Part shown: piece by piece, positions 14,789 through 30,851 of the stretch
How the letters are laid out: each line of letters opens with the position of its first letter
How positions within the stretch are numbered: the stretch's first letter is position 1
NCBI RefSeq assembly: GCF_009914755.1
Contig: NC_060930.1
Length of the DNA: 64,000 nucleotides
Direction: 5' to 3' (one strand)
Source: the human T2T-CHM13v2.0 reference genome, Homo sapiens
Made by a program: the position numbers and the translations under genes
Notes under the pieces: model-generated
The model's input: the letters and a program-made list of their open reading frames with translations, nothing else
Databases searched by the model: none
What the model was told of the DNA's origin: nothing

Positions 14789-15290
14789 TATTTTTTGCTT
14801 TTATCTTGCTTGACCACAGCTGTCATATAAACCTGTTGGCCACACCCTTTTCCCTTAGCCTGAATGAAAATGCCCCTTCCTGCCCTTCGTAGCTCCTGAG
14901 CCACCAGGACATGGTGGTCTCCATCATCTGTTCGTTATCTCTAACCATTTAAGATTAGTGCTCCCCAAGGATGTCTGTTAACCTGCTTTCCTTCCCATTC
15001 TGCCAGTTTCCCCTGGGGAATCCACACTTCTGGTTTTAACCATCACCTAAATGCTGTGTGTCCCGACCCGCATCCGCATGCTCCCAGGCCATTCTCAGTT
15101 CCAGACCCGGGCCCCCAGCTTCCTGCAGACGCCTCCTCCAGGAGATCTCAGTATCTTGCTTTTCCTCCTACCCCTTCTAAGGCATTCTCAATCCAGCTTC
15201 CAGAGGAATCTTCCTAAAACACATCTGACTGTGTGAGCCACATACTGTAGCCCAACCTGACAGCTTCTTTTCTATATTAAGAAAAAGTGC

Positions 15291-15636
<346 letters not shown>

Positions 15637-15654
15637 TTAGAAAAGTGACATCTA

Positions 15655-16059
<405 letters not shown>

Positions 16060-17762
16060 AGCCTTGTGAAGAATCTGCCGTGGAGCATAATGTAACCCAT
16101 AAAGCCACTTAACTGGGCGCACATAAACTACATAAACTACAGTGTGTCCCAGTTCATTGAGAGTGAAAATCAAGCAAGGGACCACCTCAGTGTGGTAGAG
16201 CCCCCTCCCTGCCCTCCAGACCCTGCTCTGTTCTCTGTGTCTGACCATTGACTGGCCATCACTCAGGCACTAGTTGAGAATGCCAATGTCTTTAGTTATT
16301 GTAATTTCAGAAGCACATCCTTGCTGGACAAAGAACCTACCTGTTAATTTTTTAAAGTAATGTTCATCATTTTGAACATTGTTTTCTTTCTTTTTTATTC
16401 AGCTGACCCTCATGAGGAATTTAACTTGGTTTTCTGAACTGTGTTGGTAACATTTGAAGGACATAGAAACAGTTTTCATAGGTCTCAAGTGATATAAACC
16501 ACAATTCTTTAGAAAATATCTTTTTTTTTTTACCCATTCTGGATTTTGAAATATATACAGATCTCATACCTCAGATTCTCATATGATATGAACTGTTTCA
16601 AAACACATTGATAGCAGAAGATACATACTGTCTTCTAGTCAAGAGGGTAGCGCTGTATTTAGTTTAAAACATTTTAATGCATTTTATTTGCTAAATACAA
16701 AATTATAATATTCTGTATAACTTTCCAAATCTCATCTGTCCTCCCTTTCCCCCATCTCTTTATATTCAGATGCTTGTCCCTCCAGCTTAAAAATTCATGA
16801 CTTTGAGAAAATTCGTCTTCATGTTATCTAAACTACTGCACCCCCACACGCTCCCTGTTAAGTGTCTGCATATCTGTGTCTTACTGTTGTTTAAAATTCA
16901 CTTGTCTGCCTGGGGAGTGGGGTGGTTTGCTTTAAGCTGCTCCACTCAAGTCTCAGCAGAGAAAGCAATAATTTGTTATGAGATAGAGTTTTAAGCCAAG
17001 CTTTGGCCAGGGTCTCTCCCATTTGGGAGGAGGAAAATAGGAACAAGTGAGATGATAATTTTCCTTGAATTTTAGCTCATTAAAATCTTCCCTTGTCCTA
17101 GGCAGGCTATTTACTGATTTAAGCATCTAGCACTTTTCCTTTCCAGAAAGAATTAACATCTATGATGCAATCATTGCTAAGGGAGGAGGTTTTTGTGTTT
17201 TCTCTGTGGAATTAGCTGTTCTCCAGTTGCAGATGAGCACAGCCCACTTTAGAGTTGTGTGTAGGTATGGAGTTGAGGGGTCGGAATGAGATTTCCAAGA
17301 TTTATAGGTAATGAAAAGAACAGGTTGTATCAAAGACACCACGTGTAGGAAACTAACTGTTCTTAGGGGACTTGTGTGAACCTGTGATCCTTGGCTTTCT
17401 CCAAAATGAACATTTCAGCCTTGTTCATATTAACCTCCTTTTTACAGTTGTTTTACCGTGTTCTGGTTTTGCTGCTATTCTGCCTGAAAATCTAGCAAAA
17501 TGGCGTTTCTTATCTGCAGAACTGCGACAAAGCTTAAACATTTGTATTTCTCTTGAGGATTACTGTGGTTGAATTTTTGACAGTACTATATATAAATGAA
17601 GAAATAAAATTTTTTATACAGATGTTTAAAATCCTCTTTCCACTAGAACATTTCTTTCTCCCTAAATATACTATTACCTGGAACTCTAGCTGTTTTTCAG
17701 ATCTGTAGAGATCATAGGTGGCTTAAGGGACTAGATTGCTGGTGATATTGGCTGCAAAATTC

Positions 17763-17885
17763 TTTTTTTTTTTTTTTTTTTTTTTTTTTTGAGACAGAGT
17801 CTTGCTCCATCGCCCAGGCTGGAGTGCAGTGGTGCAATCTTGGCTTCACTGCAACCTCTGCCTCCCAGGTTCAAGTGATTCTCAT
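17763..17885 (-). mobile_element. 5'-truncated Alu with long poly(A)
   Basis: TSD ttggctgcaaa(a/g)ttctt. Confidence 0.88.
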
Positions 17886-17963
17886 TTGGCTGCAAAGTTC
17901 TTAGTGAGGTTTAGTGGTATTTTGGCCCTGTGGCACAGAAGAATGGTTATTTAGCAAATGTGT

Positions 17964-18288
17964 TTTGCTTTTGATTTTGTTTTGTTTTTGAGACAGGGTC
18001 TTGCCCTGTTGCCCAGGCTGGAGTGAAGTGGCTCGATCACAGCTCACTGCAGCCATGACCTCCTGGGCTCAAGCGATCCTTCCACCTCAACCTCCCAAGT
18101 AGCTAGGACCACAGGCATGCCTCACCACACCTGGCTAATTTTTATTTTATTTTATTTTTGTAGAGACAGGGCCTTACTATGTTGCCCAAGCTGTTCTCAA
18201 ACTTTTGGGCTCAAGCAGTCTTCCCACCCTGGCCTCCCAAAGTGCTGGGATTACCCAGCATGGCAGCATGAGCCAACAGGTCTGGCCT
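17964..18288 (-). mobile_element. Alu (J-like)
   Basis: Dimer. Confidence 0.88.
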
Positions 18289-19591
18289 CGGCAAAGGTTT
18301 TAGTAGGGCTTTCTCTTTTCTTTTGAAGATGATTAATACAGTAGATTCATACAGCCAGAAGCTGAAAAGCAGGGAATACTGTTTGGCTTATTAATGGATA
18401 ATCAATCAGTGTTAATACACTTTTCCCTATTTACATGGTCAAATTGATCAAATATTTCCAAGGTATTAGCTTTTAAAAGTTGACTTTGTCAGCTCTATGA
18501 AAAGACATGCATTTACATTTTTATCGTGCTCCTCCTCTGTCAGGGGACTTGGATCTGTCCTTGATCTTGGCTTTTCTGTTCATAAACCAGGTAGGACTGT
18601 CATGGGTTTGCTCCCATTACCATCTCTTGCCCCAAGATTTCTAAAAGGCATCACCTGATGCACCCTTTTGCCCAAATAGTGTTAAAAGTCCTCAGGCTGA
18701 GGAGCTGTCCTGGTTCTTCTACAGGATCTTTAATGATCAGCCTGTCTAAGCTGAGAATGGATAAGGGTGTCCCCAACACGTTTATTTGGTGGTTTGGTGG
18801 GGGTAGTGACACTGGGGATGCTTTTGTGTGTTGTAATCTGCCCCTCTGTCTGTTTGACCCCAGAGACTCTGTGGTTAGTTGCAGGACATCAAAATACGCA
18901 GGAAAGACAGTGGGGGAAGAGACCATCAGTCGCCCTCTTTCTGCCTAGGTTCACTAGAATCTCTAAGACTGAATTCACTAGGAAACACAGGACATACCGT
19001 AGAGCTGTTTATGTCTTGAGAGCCCCAGTTTCCTAGTCTGTTAAATGAGCATAGTAACACCAATCTCACTCCTTTGGAATATTCAATGGTGTAATACTTA
19101 CAACATCTAGCTGACCTGTACAATTATAGCTATTCTCTTCTGCAAGTCTAATATTCCTATTCACCCCTCCCTCTGCATAGGGATCCGGTTTGAAATCATC
19201 AGTTGCTCAGTAGGGCCTGGGGAGCTAGCTGGTCATTCTTTGGTTAAAGTCAAAGCCAACCTCTTTGCCTACCTTTTTGTCTTAATGTCAACTTCCTACC
19301 AGACATGTTCCTCCCGCACTGGATGATCAAAATGCAAATAGGATGGACACGATCAATGCATTTTGTTGGAGTGGTTGCATTCTTTCTACTTTCTTAGGGC
19401 AAAAAAATGAATGGTTGGACAAGAGACTAACCAAGGCCTCAAAGAAAGTGAAATTCTTTCTCAAGCTCCTGAAAGTCCTTTCATGGGTATAGTAACAGTT
19501 CTATAGGGGTCTCATTGTGATGGTGCCATTATACAGGCCAGCAAGCCCCCTGTGTGAGCCAGACCTCATGGCCTTAGCCCTTGTTTTCCTC

Positions 19592-19888
19592 TTTTTTTTT
19601 TTTTTTTTTTTTTTTGAGACAGGGTCTCGCTCTGTTGTTGGAGTGCAGTGGTGTGATCTCGGCTCACTGCAACCTCTGCCTCCTGGGTTCAAGTGATTCT
19701 CGTGCTGCAGCCTCCTGAGTAGCTGAGATTACAGGCCCCCACCAGCACGCCTGGCTAATTTTTGTATTTTTAGTAGAGACAGGGTTTTACCATGTTGGCC
19801 AGTCTGGTCTCGAACTCCTGACCTCGTGATCCACCTGCCTCAGCCTCCCTAAGTGCTGGGATTACAGGTGTGAGCCACTATGCCCGGC
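19592..19888 (-). mobile_element. Alu (S-like)
   Basis: Dimer. Confidence 0.9.
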
Positions 19889-20207
19889 TGCCCCATCCTT
19901 TTTCTTGATATTATAGTTAGTGGTGAAAACATGTAAATGATAATACTCCATGCAGTATGTATGCTGAAGTGACTACCCTGAAGACATTTTTTAAGTCCTA
20001 TTTTCTTTTCTTTCTAGGATATGATAATCATTTTCTGTTTGTATTAATACATGCTTGAAAGGAATTAGTAAAGCGATTCCATCCTTGTCAGCAGCTTGGA
20101 ACAAAGCTGTGGATCTGGGATTGTGTAGAACTCATTTGACATCAGTAGTTACTTGTGTCTTTATGCCTCAGATCAAGATGTGCGTGTTTTTTTCTTTCTC
20201 CTTTTAG

Positions 20208-20319
20208 CTTCACGAGGCTGACATTGTGGTCCTAGGCTCACCTAAGCCAGAAGAGATTCCCCTTACTTGGATACAACCAGGAACTACTGTTCTCAACTGC
20301 TCCCATGACTTCCTGTCAG
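20208..20319 (+). CDS. MTHFD1L: MTHFD1L exon 8 (112 nt): LHEADIVVLGSPKPEEIPLTWIQPGTTVLNCSHDFLS(G)
   Basis: Long pyrimidine tract ending cttttag|CTT; TCAG|gtaaat donor; phases 0/1. Confidence 0.97.
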
Positions 20320-21955
20320 GTAAATGTCTTCACATTGGTGTTGAGCCACTGATTAGGTCAGATAGTTCAAAGAAATGTTAACCTTTTCCTAAGAGGTTAT
20401 GTTTCTGAAATGTTAGCAGTCGTCAACATTAATATATAGGGTAGGAAACTTAGACTGTGGGCTACCTGATAGAACCATGCTGTTGAGCAAAGAGAGACCA
20501 AGATGGCGGTTGAGGTGTCTGCTCCCACAGTGAAGTGCCCCCTACTGGCCTCTAGCAGTCAGGTCAGTTGTGACCTCAAGTAGATGATTTGTATGTGTGT
20601 GAGGTAAACTAGAAATAGCGGTTTTCACAGTTTCTTAAAAATTAGTAAAACCCTTTCTTCCAAAGAAATCTTCGTGGAATCTCACTATGTAAAAGCAGAT
20701 GAGCGCCGGATTGTTGGGAGGGATGGGAATAGGATCAGCCTGTGTGTCTCCCTGATTTCCTCTTGCATTGACCCATGAAGCACATCCTTGGAGCCCCAGA
20801 GTCATCTCAGAACAGTATGAAAATCACCACTAGATGCAGAAACTGTTGTAGGATTGGTCCTGCTATTTGATGGCATTTTGCCAAGGTATCCAGGAATACT
20901 CAAGACCACACCAGGCCCACTTTGGGGGCAGCCCAAGCAGTGCCCGCAACAGGGCAGCCAGCAGCCCCGGGTCCAGCAGGAGCCGGCCCAGAGTGGGTTC
21001 CTTTTTCCAGTTCGTAGAAGGACTGAGGCTAAGAAAGCCTTGGAGCACACCCAGGCCCTCAGCAAGTCCCTGAGTAGCACAGGTGAGCCAGAGACGATGG
21101 CACAGGGAGGCAGAGGAGAGCCCCTCTTCCTGATTCCTTCTGGCTTTGGCCTCCAAATGTTTGTGTGGAAGAGAGGACTGTGCTGAGCTGGGCTGGAGGA
21201 CAGGGGCAGCTTTTATCCCTAAAGCTGGGCAGAACATGCACCAAGGTTGGCAGCCTCTGCTCTCCTTCTCCTCCACCAGGACCATACTTGAGGTTGAAAT
21301 CTTGAAACCTTGTAGGCAGCTCCATAAAAGCATGAGCCCTAGCCAGAGGTTGTTACTGACCCTCCTCTCTAGGAAATGTAGCTCCTGCCAGAATTGACCG
21401 ATCAGATTAAAAACCCCTTGGGGGCTGGAGAGGGTGGAATGGAACAGAGTCCAAGGAAAGAGGCATTAAGAGCTGTGGCCCTAATGGCTCTTCTTAACAA
21501 ACAGAAAGCATGTGCTAAATAACATTTTAAAAATATGTGTAATTTATTCATATAACTTTTTTTCCCCTGAAAAAAAAAAAAAACAAAGCCTAACCTATTA
21601 ATAGTGGACAGGGCTTCCTCTGTTCAGCATCCCAGTCAGATTAGGAAAATCAGTTCCAACATTTGTTTCTTGTAAATGAATGCTGCTTTGCTGTAATATT
21701 TACTTGCTGTGTTTTATTAAAGTTTTCATGTAGGACAGTTTTGGCAGTCATGGCTGGAGATAGGAGTCTACTTTGATGTTCTGGAATCTCTTTGAGCTCT
21801 GTGGTTATATGACAGTGACATATATTTTGTTAGTGAAAGTGCTTTATTTTTAATAAGGTTTCCTTTTAGGACCCTTATTTTTGAAAAAAAGTATTCCCTG
21901 AAATATTAGATATCAATGTAATGATTCTCTGGGGGAAAAAAAGACCAAGGCGTTA

Positions 21956-22323
21956 CAGATGTTCCTCGACTGACCATGGGGTTATGCACAGATAAACCCA
22001 TCAGAAGTTGAAAATATCATTAGTAAAAAATGGGCATTTGTAGCCAGGATGGGATGTGAAAACAGAAAACAACGTCCAAAAATGCTGGCAGCACAGTACG
22101 CTGTAGAGTATTGGTTGTTTGGCCTCGTGATTGCATGGCTGACCGGAAACCACGATTTGCTGTCACTGCTGCCCAGCGCCTCAAGACAGCCTTGTTCTTT
22201 GTATAGCTGGCCTGGGAAAAGATCAAAATTTAAAGCACAGTTTCTACTGAATGCATGTCCCTTTCCCACCATCATAAAGTGGAAAAATAGTAAGTGAAAA
22301 GGTTGTAAATCAGAGATGGTCTG
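21956..22323. mobile_element. TcMar-Tigger non-autonomous DNA transposon (MER47A-like)
   Basis: TA|cagatgttcctcgact...gagatggtctg termini with decayed TIRs; about 368 bp. Confidence 0.7.
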
Positions 22324-22455
22324 TGTATTTCAAAATGATTCTATAAGTAGAATTTATTTGAAATTTATCTGGCCCAACTGTAATAGTTTTCTTGTTGGTT
22401 TTTGAATGCCCAGTGTCCAGAATAGTACCTGACGCTTAGTAACCGCTCTGTGAAA

Positions 22456-22765
22456 TTTTTTTTTTTTTTTTTGGAGACAGAGTCTTGCTCTGTCACCCTG
22501 GCTTTAGTGCAGTGGGTGTGATCTTGGCTCACTGCAACCTCCACCTTCTGGGTTCAGGTGATTCTCCTACCTCAGCCTCCCAAGTAGCTAGGATTACAGG
22601 TCCCTGTCACCACGCCTGGCCAATTTTTTTTTTTTTTTGTATTTTTAGTAGAAGTGTGGATGCACCATGTTTGCCAGGTTGGTTTCGAACTCCTGACCTC
22701 AAGTGATCCACCCACCTCGGCCTCCCAGAGTGCTAGGATTACGGGCATGAGCCACTGGGCCTGGC
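22456..22765 (-). mobile_element. Alu (S-like)
   Basis: Dimer; TSD ctctgtgaa. Confidence 0.9.
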
Positions 22766-22899
22766 TAACTCTGTGAATATTGAGTGTTTGACAAGTTAAT
22801 AAGCATGAATCAAAATTCTACTCTGCTTGTAGTTTTAAGTTAGTGGCATGTTTAGAAACATTTCCTTGAATTTGTCTCCCACTTAAAGATGGGGCTGAT

Positions 22900-23217
<318 letters not shown>

Positions 23218-23869
23218 TCAACTAGGCAGTCATTGAGATAAAGATGAGGAATGCTATGTTGATGAAACAGATGAACAGTTTCGGGGTGGTGCTACCCATA
23301 ATAGCACATTTCTAAATAGTCTACAAGTTTTAATTTTAGCAACTTTGTTTAGTATGAAAATTTGATCTAGGAATAATGGAGAAAGGTTTTTTTTCCCCTC
23401 TTTTTTTCATAATCCCACTACTGTAAAGAAATGAATAAACTTTTTGAAATATTAAAAAGAAAAGAGCTCTTATTTAAACTTAAGATGAGAAGAACTTTTA
23501 ATAAACTTGTGGCTGGGTGAAGACAGAGTTTTATAATGAAATTTTTATTCTTACCTTCATGGTACAGAGTCCCTCCTCCTTACCCCCGTAAAAATAGATG
23601 GGATGTTGTGATTTATGATGAGGCAATTCTGTAGAGACATTTTATGGAATACGTAATCCTAGGAGAGATTTTCCTGATGGCTAATATCCCAGACACAGAG
23701 CTCAGAAAACAATTATACCCAGCTAGTTGGTTCTGTTCACTCTACTATTGCATGAGTCCAATGTTTAGATTTTAAAACAAGGAAATTTCAACATTCTGTT
23801 TTCTAGCTGTAAGAGTAACTACTTTAAAAAAAAAAAAAAAGACAACCAAAAAAACCTATTTCTTAGAAA

Positions 23870-24102
23870 AAGTCTTGCTCTGTTGCCCAGGCTAGAGTAC
23901 AGTGGCACGATCACAGCCTCAAACTCCTGGGCTCCAGCAATCCTCCCTCCTCAGCTAATTAAAACAATTTTTTTTGTTGTTGTTGAGGCAGGGTTCTCAC
24001 TGTGTTGCCCAGGCTGGTCTTGAACTCCCGGCCTCAAATAGTCCTCCCGCCTCCACCTCCAAAAAGTGCTGAGATTACTGGTGTAAACCACCATGTCTGG
24101 CC
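23870..24102 (-). mobile_element. Alu (J-like, internally deleted)
   Basis: Both arms with gaps. Confidence 0.82.
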
Positions 24103-24450
24103 TAAAAAAATTATTTCAAATGAAAAAACTACGCACTGCTCTTGTAGTGCCCTGCTTGCTAAACAGCAGATTTCATCATAAGCAAAATCATTTTGTACCC
24201 TAAATATTAGGACTTATTTACTGATGTAACAAATGGGACCAAGGAGAAGCTGGTCTTCCGTCTTAGGCTCAGAAAACAGTATCAAAACAGCAACTCTGTG
24301 GCTCAGAGTAATTTATAGCATCATTTTAAGCTAATGTAATTCTATTTAGTGTGGAAGAGGGGAAGAGCCCTGGGATGCTGATGTGCTGGGGGTCCCGAGG
24401 GACCTTGAGACTTTCTCTCGTATGGCTCTGAAGGGAGACATTAGAACTTA

Positions 24451-24802
<352 letters not shown>

Positions 24803-24840
24803 TCAAGGACAAGGGAGCTGTTTTTGTAAAAAAAATTCTT

Positions 24841-25133
24841 GGCCGGATGCGGTGGCTCACGCCTGTAATCCTAGCACTTTGGGAGGCTGAGGCAGGCGGA
24901 TCACCTGCGGTGGGGAGTTCGAGACCAGCCTGACCAACGTGGAGAAACCCCATCTCTACTAAAAATACAAAATTAGCCGGGCATGGTGGCGCATGCCTGT
25001 AATCCCAGCTACTCAGGAGGCTGAGGCAGGAGAATCGCTTGAACCCAGGAGGTGGAGGTTACGGTGAGCTGAGATCGCGCTCCAGCCTGGGCACCAAGAG
25101 CGAAACTCCATCTCAAAAAAAAAAAAAAAAGAA
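24841..25133 (+). mobile_element. Alu (Sp-like)
   Basis: Dimer; TSD aaattctt. Confidence 0.9.
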
Positions 25134-25983
25134 ATTCTTAATTGCATTGCACTTACAGGCTGTGTGACTTTGAGGAAATAAGCTCTCTGATTAATTAATA
25201 AGATTCCCAATTTCTTTGTGGGTAAATTGGGAGCAAGGCTGTTGGGAGGAATGACTGAGATGATACCTCGGGGCAGTGCCTCTTTGATGGTAGCTGCCAA
25301 TAAATGCTGGTCCACTTCCTGCATTCCTCCCTCCACTTCCTTGTTGCCATGTCACCTGCACACAAAACAGCTTTCAGACTCCATCTTGGCACAATATACA
25401 TTTATATTTGAAAAATCAAACCCAAGAAAGGAAGAAGTCCAATGAAATTCTGAACATGTAAGAAAAGTCAGCTTTAGAGAAATTGGACATCCATGTAATT
25501 TTCATTATGCCAAAGCAATTGATATAAAATTAGGATCTTTGCTTGTGACTCTTGAACTTTAGTAATTCCAAAATCCATTGTACCTATCACTGTTTTCTTT
25601 TATTTATTTTTTCCTGTAAATTCTGGATATTCTAGATCTATCCCTGAAGTATATTGCCAGTTTTCCATTTCAAATTTTAATTAGTTCTCAATACAATGTA
25701 TTTAATATTTTGCTTTTTTTAAAAAAAGTAAAGGTTCATGTCATTTAGAATATGCAGCACTGTATAAATTTCCTTGTTAATTTGGTTTCAGTGGTCCAAA
25801 TTAAGTTATTACTAATAGCTTATTAGTATCAGTTTACTAATATTTTAATTTTTTTAATCATGTCTTACATTGCATTCTTTTAAAAACTAGTGATATGCTG
25901 TCATTTGACAGTAAGAATTCAAATAATTTAAACTAGGATTGCAACTCTCAAGAACACTGTCACAAAAATTTTACCAAATGATA

Positions 25984-26775
25984 TGTATTAGTCCATTCTC
26001 ACACTGCTATAAAGAAATACCTGAGACTGGGTAATTTATAAAGAAAAGAAGTTTAATTGTCTCACACTTCCACGGACTGTACAGGTAGTATGATGCTGGC
26101 ATTTGCTTGGAAGGCCTTCTGGAAGGCCTCAGGAAACTTACAATTATAGTAGAAGGGGAAGGGGAATCACATATATCTTACATGGCCAGAGCAGGAGCAA
26201 GAGAGAGGGAGGGCGTATTAGTCCATTTTCGCACTGCTGATAAAGACATACACGAGACGGGGAAGAAAAAGAGGTTTAATTGGACTTACAGTTCCACATG
26301 GCTGGGGAGGCCTCAAAATCATGGCGGGAGGTGAAAAGCACTTCTTACATGGCAGCAGCAAGAGAAAATCAGGAAGATGCAAAAGCGGAAACCCCTGATA
26401 AAACCATCTGATCTCATGAGACGTATTTACTACCATGAGAAGAGTATGGGGAAAACCACCCCCATGATTCAAATTATCTCCCACTGGGTCCCTCCTACAA
26501 CACGTGGGAATTATGGGAGTACAATTCAAGATGAGATTTGGGTGGGGACACAGCCAAACCATATCAGAGGAGGAGGTGCATACTACATACTTTTAAAAAC
26601 CAGATCTCAGGATAACTCACTCACTATCATGAGAACAGCACCAATGGGATGGCGCTAAGCCTTTCATGAAGGGCCACCCCCATGATCCTGTCACCTCCCA
26701 CCAGGCCCCACCCCCAACACTGGGGATTACAATTGAACATGAGATTTGGTGGAGACACAGAACCAAACCATATCA
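25984..26775 (-). mobile_element. MaLR MST-type solo LTR, interrupted by a THE1 LTR
   Basis: tgtattagtcc...aaaccatatca termini; perfect 5-bp TSD tgata (25979-25983 and 26776-26780). Confidence 0.88.
26214..26566 (-). mobile_element. THE1 solo LTR nested in the MST LTR
   Basis: Complete 353-bp LTR cgtattagtcc...cagccaaaccatatca; TSD gaggg/gagga (4 of 5 match). Confidence 0.9.
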
Positions 26776-27559
26776 TGATACTCATTTTATTTATTGCATT
26801 TTACTTTATATCCTACAAAGTCAATATATTTAACTGAAAAACTGGCTACCAGTGTTTTTTTTTTTTTTTTTTCAAGTTCTACCTGTACTGATTTCTAATT
26901 TTTAGCCATTCCTGATTTTAAAACCTCGCATACATTTTGGGGATAATTTGTTCTCCTAGATGGCGAGAAAATATTTAAGTCTGTGGGCTTGGAGAATGCT
27001 TTTTTGATAAGAAGGATGCCCTTGGCCAGACTGCATAGAAGCTGAGATGTTTCCGCAGAGCCGAGATGGCATGAAGGCTGAAGAATTTTCCTGCATCCCT
27101 CCCACTGCAGTGATTGTTCTGGCAAAGTTCCCAGGGTGGTCTCTGCACTGCTCATATTAGTGAAAGGGTGGTTCTGATTTCTGAGGAAGGCATGATAACA
27201 CTTTGGCCTTAAATTTTCTTTTTGCAGAAAGTTTGATTATCATTAGAAGAATGGCCATCTTTTAAAGTGATTCATTGACTTGTCCCTGGAGAAATCATGA
27301 GTTAGATGAGAGTGTTTAGTGGGAAGTGAAAAGACCCGTCCACGGTTTCGGATGAGATCCTCGTTGGACTGTGATCCCAGGATATTACCCAGGCCCAGAT
27401 CGTAGACAACCTCCCAATGGAGTCCTGCCCCTACACGGGCAGGGGGTGAAATAATGATTCCCTTTCTTAATTTTCTTTAGCCATGAAATTTATTAAAAAT
27501 GTATGTCTGATTCTGAGTTGCCAGTCTTAATTGCTTGAGATTCTCTGGATTCAGAACTT

Positions 27560-28164
<605 letters not shown>

Positions 28165-28270
28165 TGAATGCAGTCTTAAAACTGAATTAGAAAATCTGAG
28201 TGCAGGCTAGAGTTATATATAATTAAGAGAGTGTGGGTTTTAAGTTGTGTCTTAAAATTGTGTTGTTTTT

Positions 28271-28863
<593 letters not shown>

Positions 28864-28974
28864 GTGTTTTTAATTACTTGTAATTTTAATTGCTTGTAAT
28901 TAAAAAACAGTAATTAAAAGGACCAAAAGTTAATTTTGCAGGTAGTAAACCTTAGCCTACTGTACGTAAAAATC

Positions 28975-29220
28975 AGAAGGCCAAGGCAGGAGGATTGCCT
29001 GAGTCCAGGAGCTCAAGACCAGCTTGGGCAACATAGTGAGACCCCGTCTCTATAAAACAACTTAACAATGTGCCAGGTGTGGTGGCACACCCTTGCAATC
29101 CCAACTACTCAGGAGGCTGAGGTGGACGGATTGCTTGAGCCTGGGAGGTCAAGGCTGCAATGATCGTGATCACATCACTGCACTCCAGCCTGGGCAACAG
29201 AGCAAGACCCTCTGTAAATA
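28975..29220 (+). mobile_element. Alu (J-like, 5'-truncated)
   Basis: Consensus match. Confidence 0.85.
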
Positions 29221-29707
29221 ATAACAGTAATAATCAGAAAGCAACACTGTATGTGAATAAAGTCACCTTACCTAGCTGCCGGTGGACAGCCTTTGGTGTT
29301 TCAAGGACTTAGTTTTTATGCGTTCCTGCTTTCGATATTTGTTGACTGTGAGCTTTGGGCTTATCCAGGGTCCATGAAGAAGAAATGGCTCTTCCTTATC
29401 TCAGGCTTTTGTTATTTTGGGGTGTTTTAAATTCCTCTCCTGTGGTTACTCAATCCGACCCTACTTGCCTCTCTCTTCCACAAATTTCTCAAATGTCATT
29501 CATGGTACCCTTTTAACTCTTACGGACTTACTTGTTTTTAACATATCTTTTATTCACTTTGAATGGAGTTTCGACTGGAAATAGAGGGTAGTGTTGTGTG
29601 TATCACCTACCATCTTCAGCTAGACACTTTCAAAGAGTTTGTTTTGTTAATTATATCTTCTTACATGGCTCATTATGCTTGTTGAAATTTGCAAGATGCT
29701 TTAAACC

Positions 29708-29934
29708 AAGCCTGTCCAAACCACAGCCTGTGGGCCGCATGTAGCCCAGGATAGCTTTGAATGCAGCCCAACACAAATTCATAAACTTTCTTAAAACACG
29801 AAATTTTTTTTGCAATTTTTTTTTTCCTTAGCTCATCAGCTATCATAGTGTTAGTGTATTTTATGTGTGGCTATGGCCCAAGACAATTCTTCTTCCAGTG
29901 TGGCCCAGGGAAGCCAAAAGATTACACATTGCTG
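29708..29934. mobile_element. MER30 hAT-Charlie DNA transposon
   Basis: gctttgaatgcagcccaacacaaattcataaactttcttaaaaca and gtggcccagggaagccaaaagatt motifs. Confidence 0.8.
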
Positions 29935-30140
29935 AAAACTTTAGATGTATCAGGAATCATATAGCTTTTCAAAATAAAATATCCACACTTTTGCTAAGTT
30001 CTATGCTATGCAAGTGACTGAACTATACCAGGACTTATCTTGTAAACTTGGAAGTGAAATATTCTTCACTCGCAAGGGTATTTTGTGATTAAATTCTGGA
30101 AATATGCATTTATAAGTTGATACCAGCTCCTGGAATGTAA

Positions 30141-30529
<389 letters not shown>

Positions 30530-30851
30530 TAAGTACAGATCTCTAGTGGTTAAAACGAAACACAACAATTCTCTCTCATCCTCTAGACTCTTGGCTTTTG
30601 CCTAAATATGATTCATAAAGCTGAAGTGTTGCTAATCTTTAAATAACACCCAAGGGATATGATTATATGATTACCCAACACCCTAATACAGTTTAAGAAT
30701 AGAGTGATCCAAAGAAGGAGAAAATAGTGTCTTCAAAAATGTTGCTATTAGAAATATTTCTTTTCTCTAAGGGAGGATGCAGGCTAAAGTATTTAGCATG
30801 TGTGTTTACTTTTATAAATTTTCTAAGTGATGAAGGAAGGAAGGTAGAATC

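Noticed and set aside
20802-21397. Stack of ORFs on both strands (up to 156 aa)
   Set aside because: Explained by locally higher GC and few stops; only the 72-nt splice-bounded segment was kept as a candidate
26107-26658. ORFs of 75-114 aa
   Set aside because: Inside MST/THE1 LTR sequence, which is non-coding
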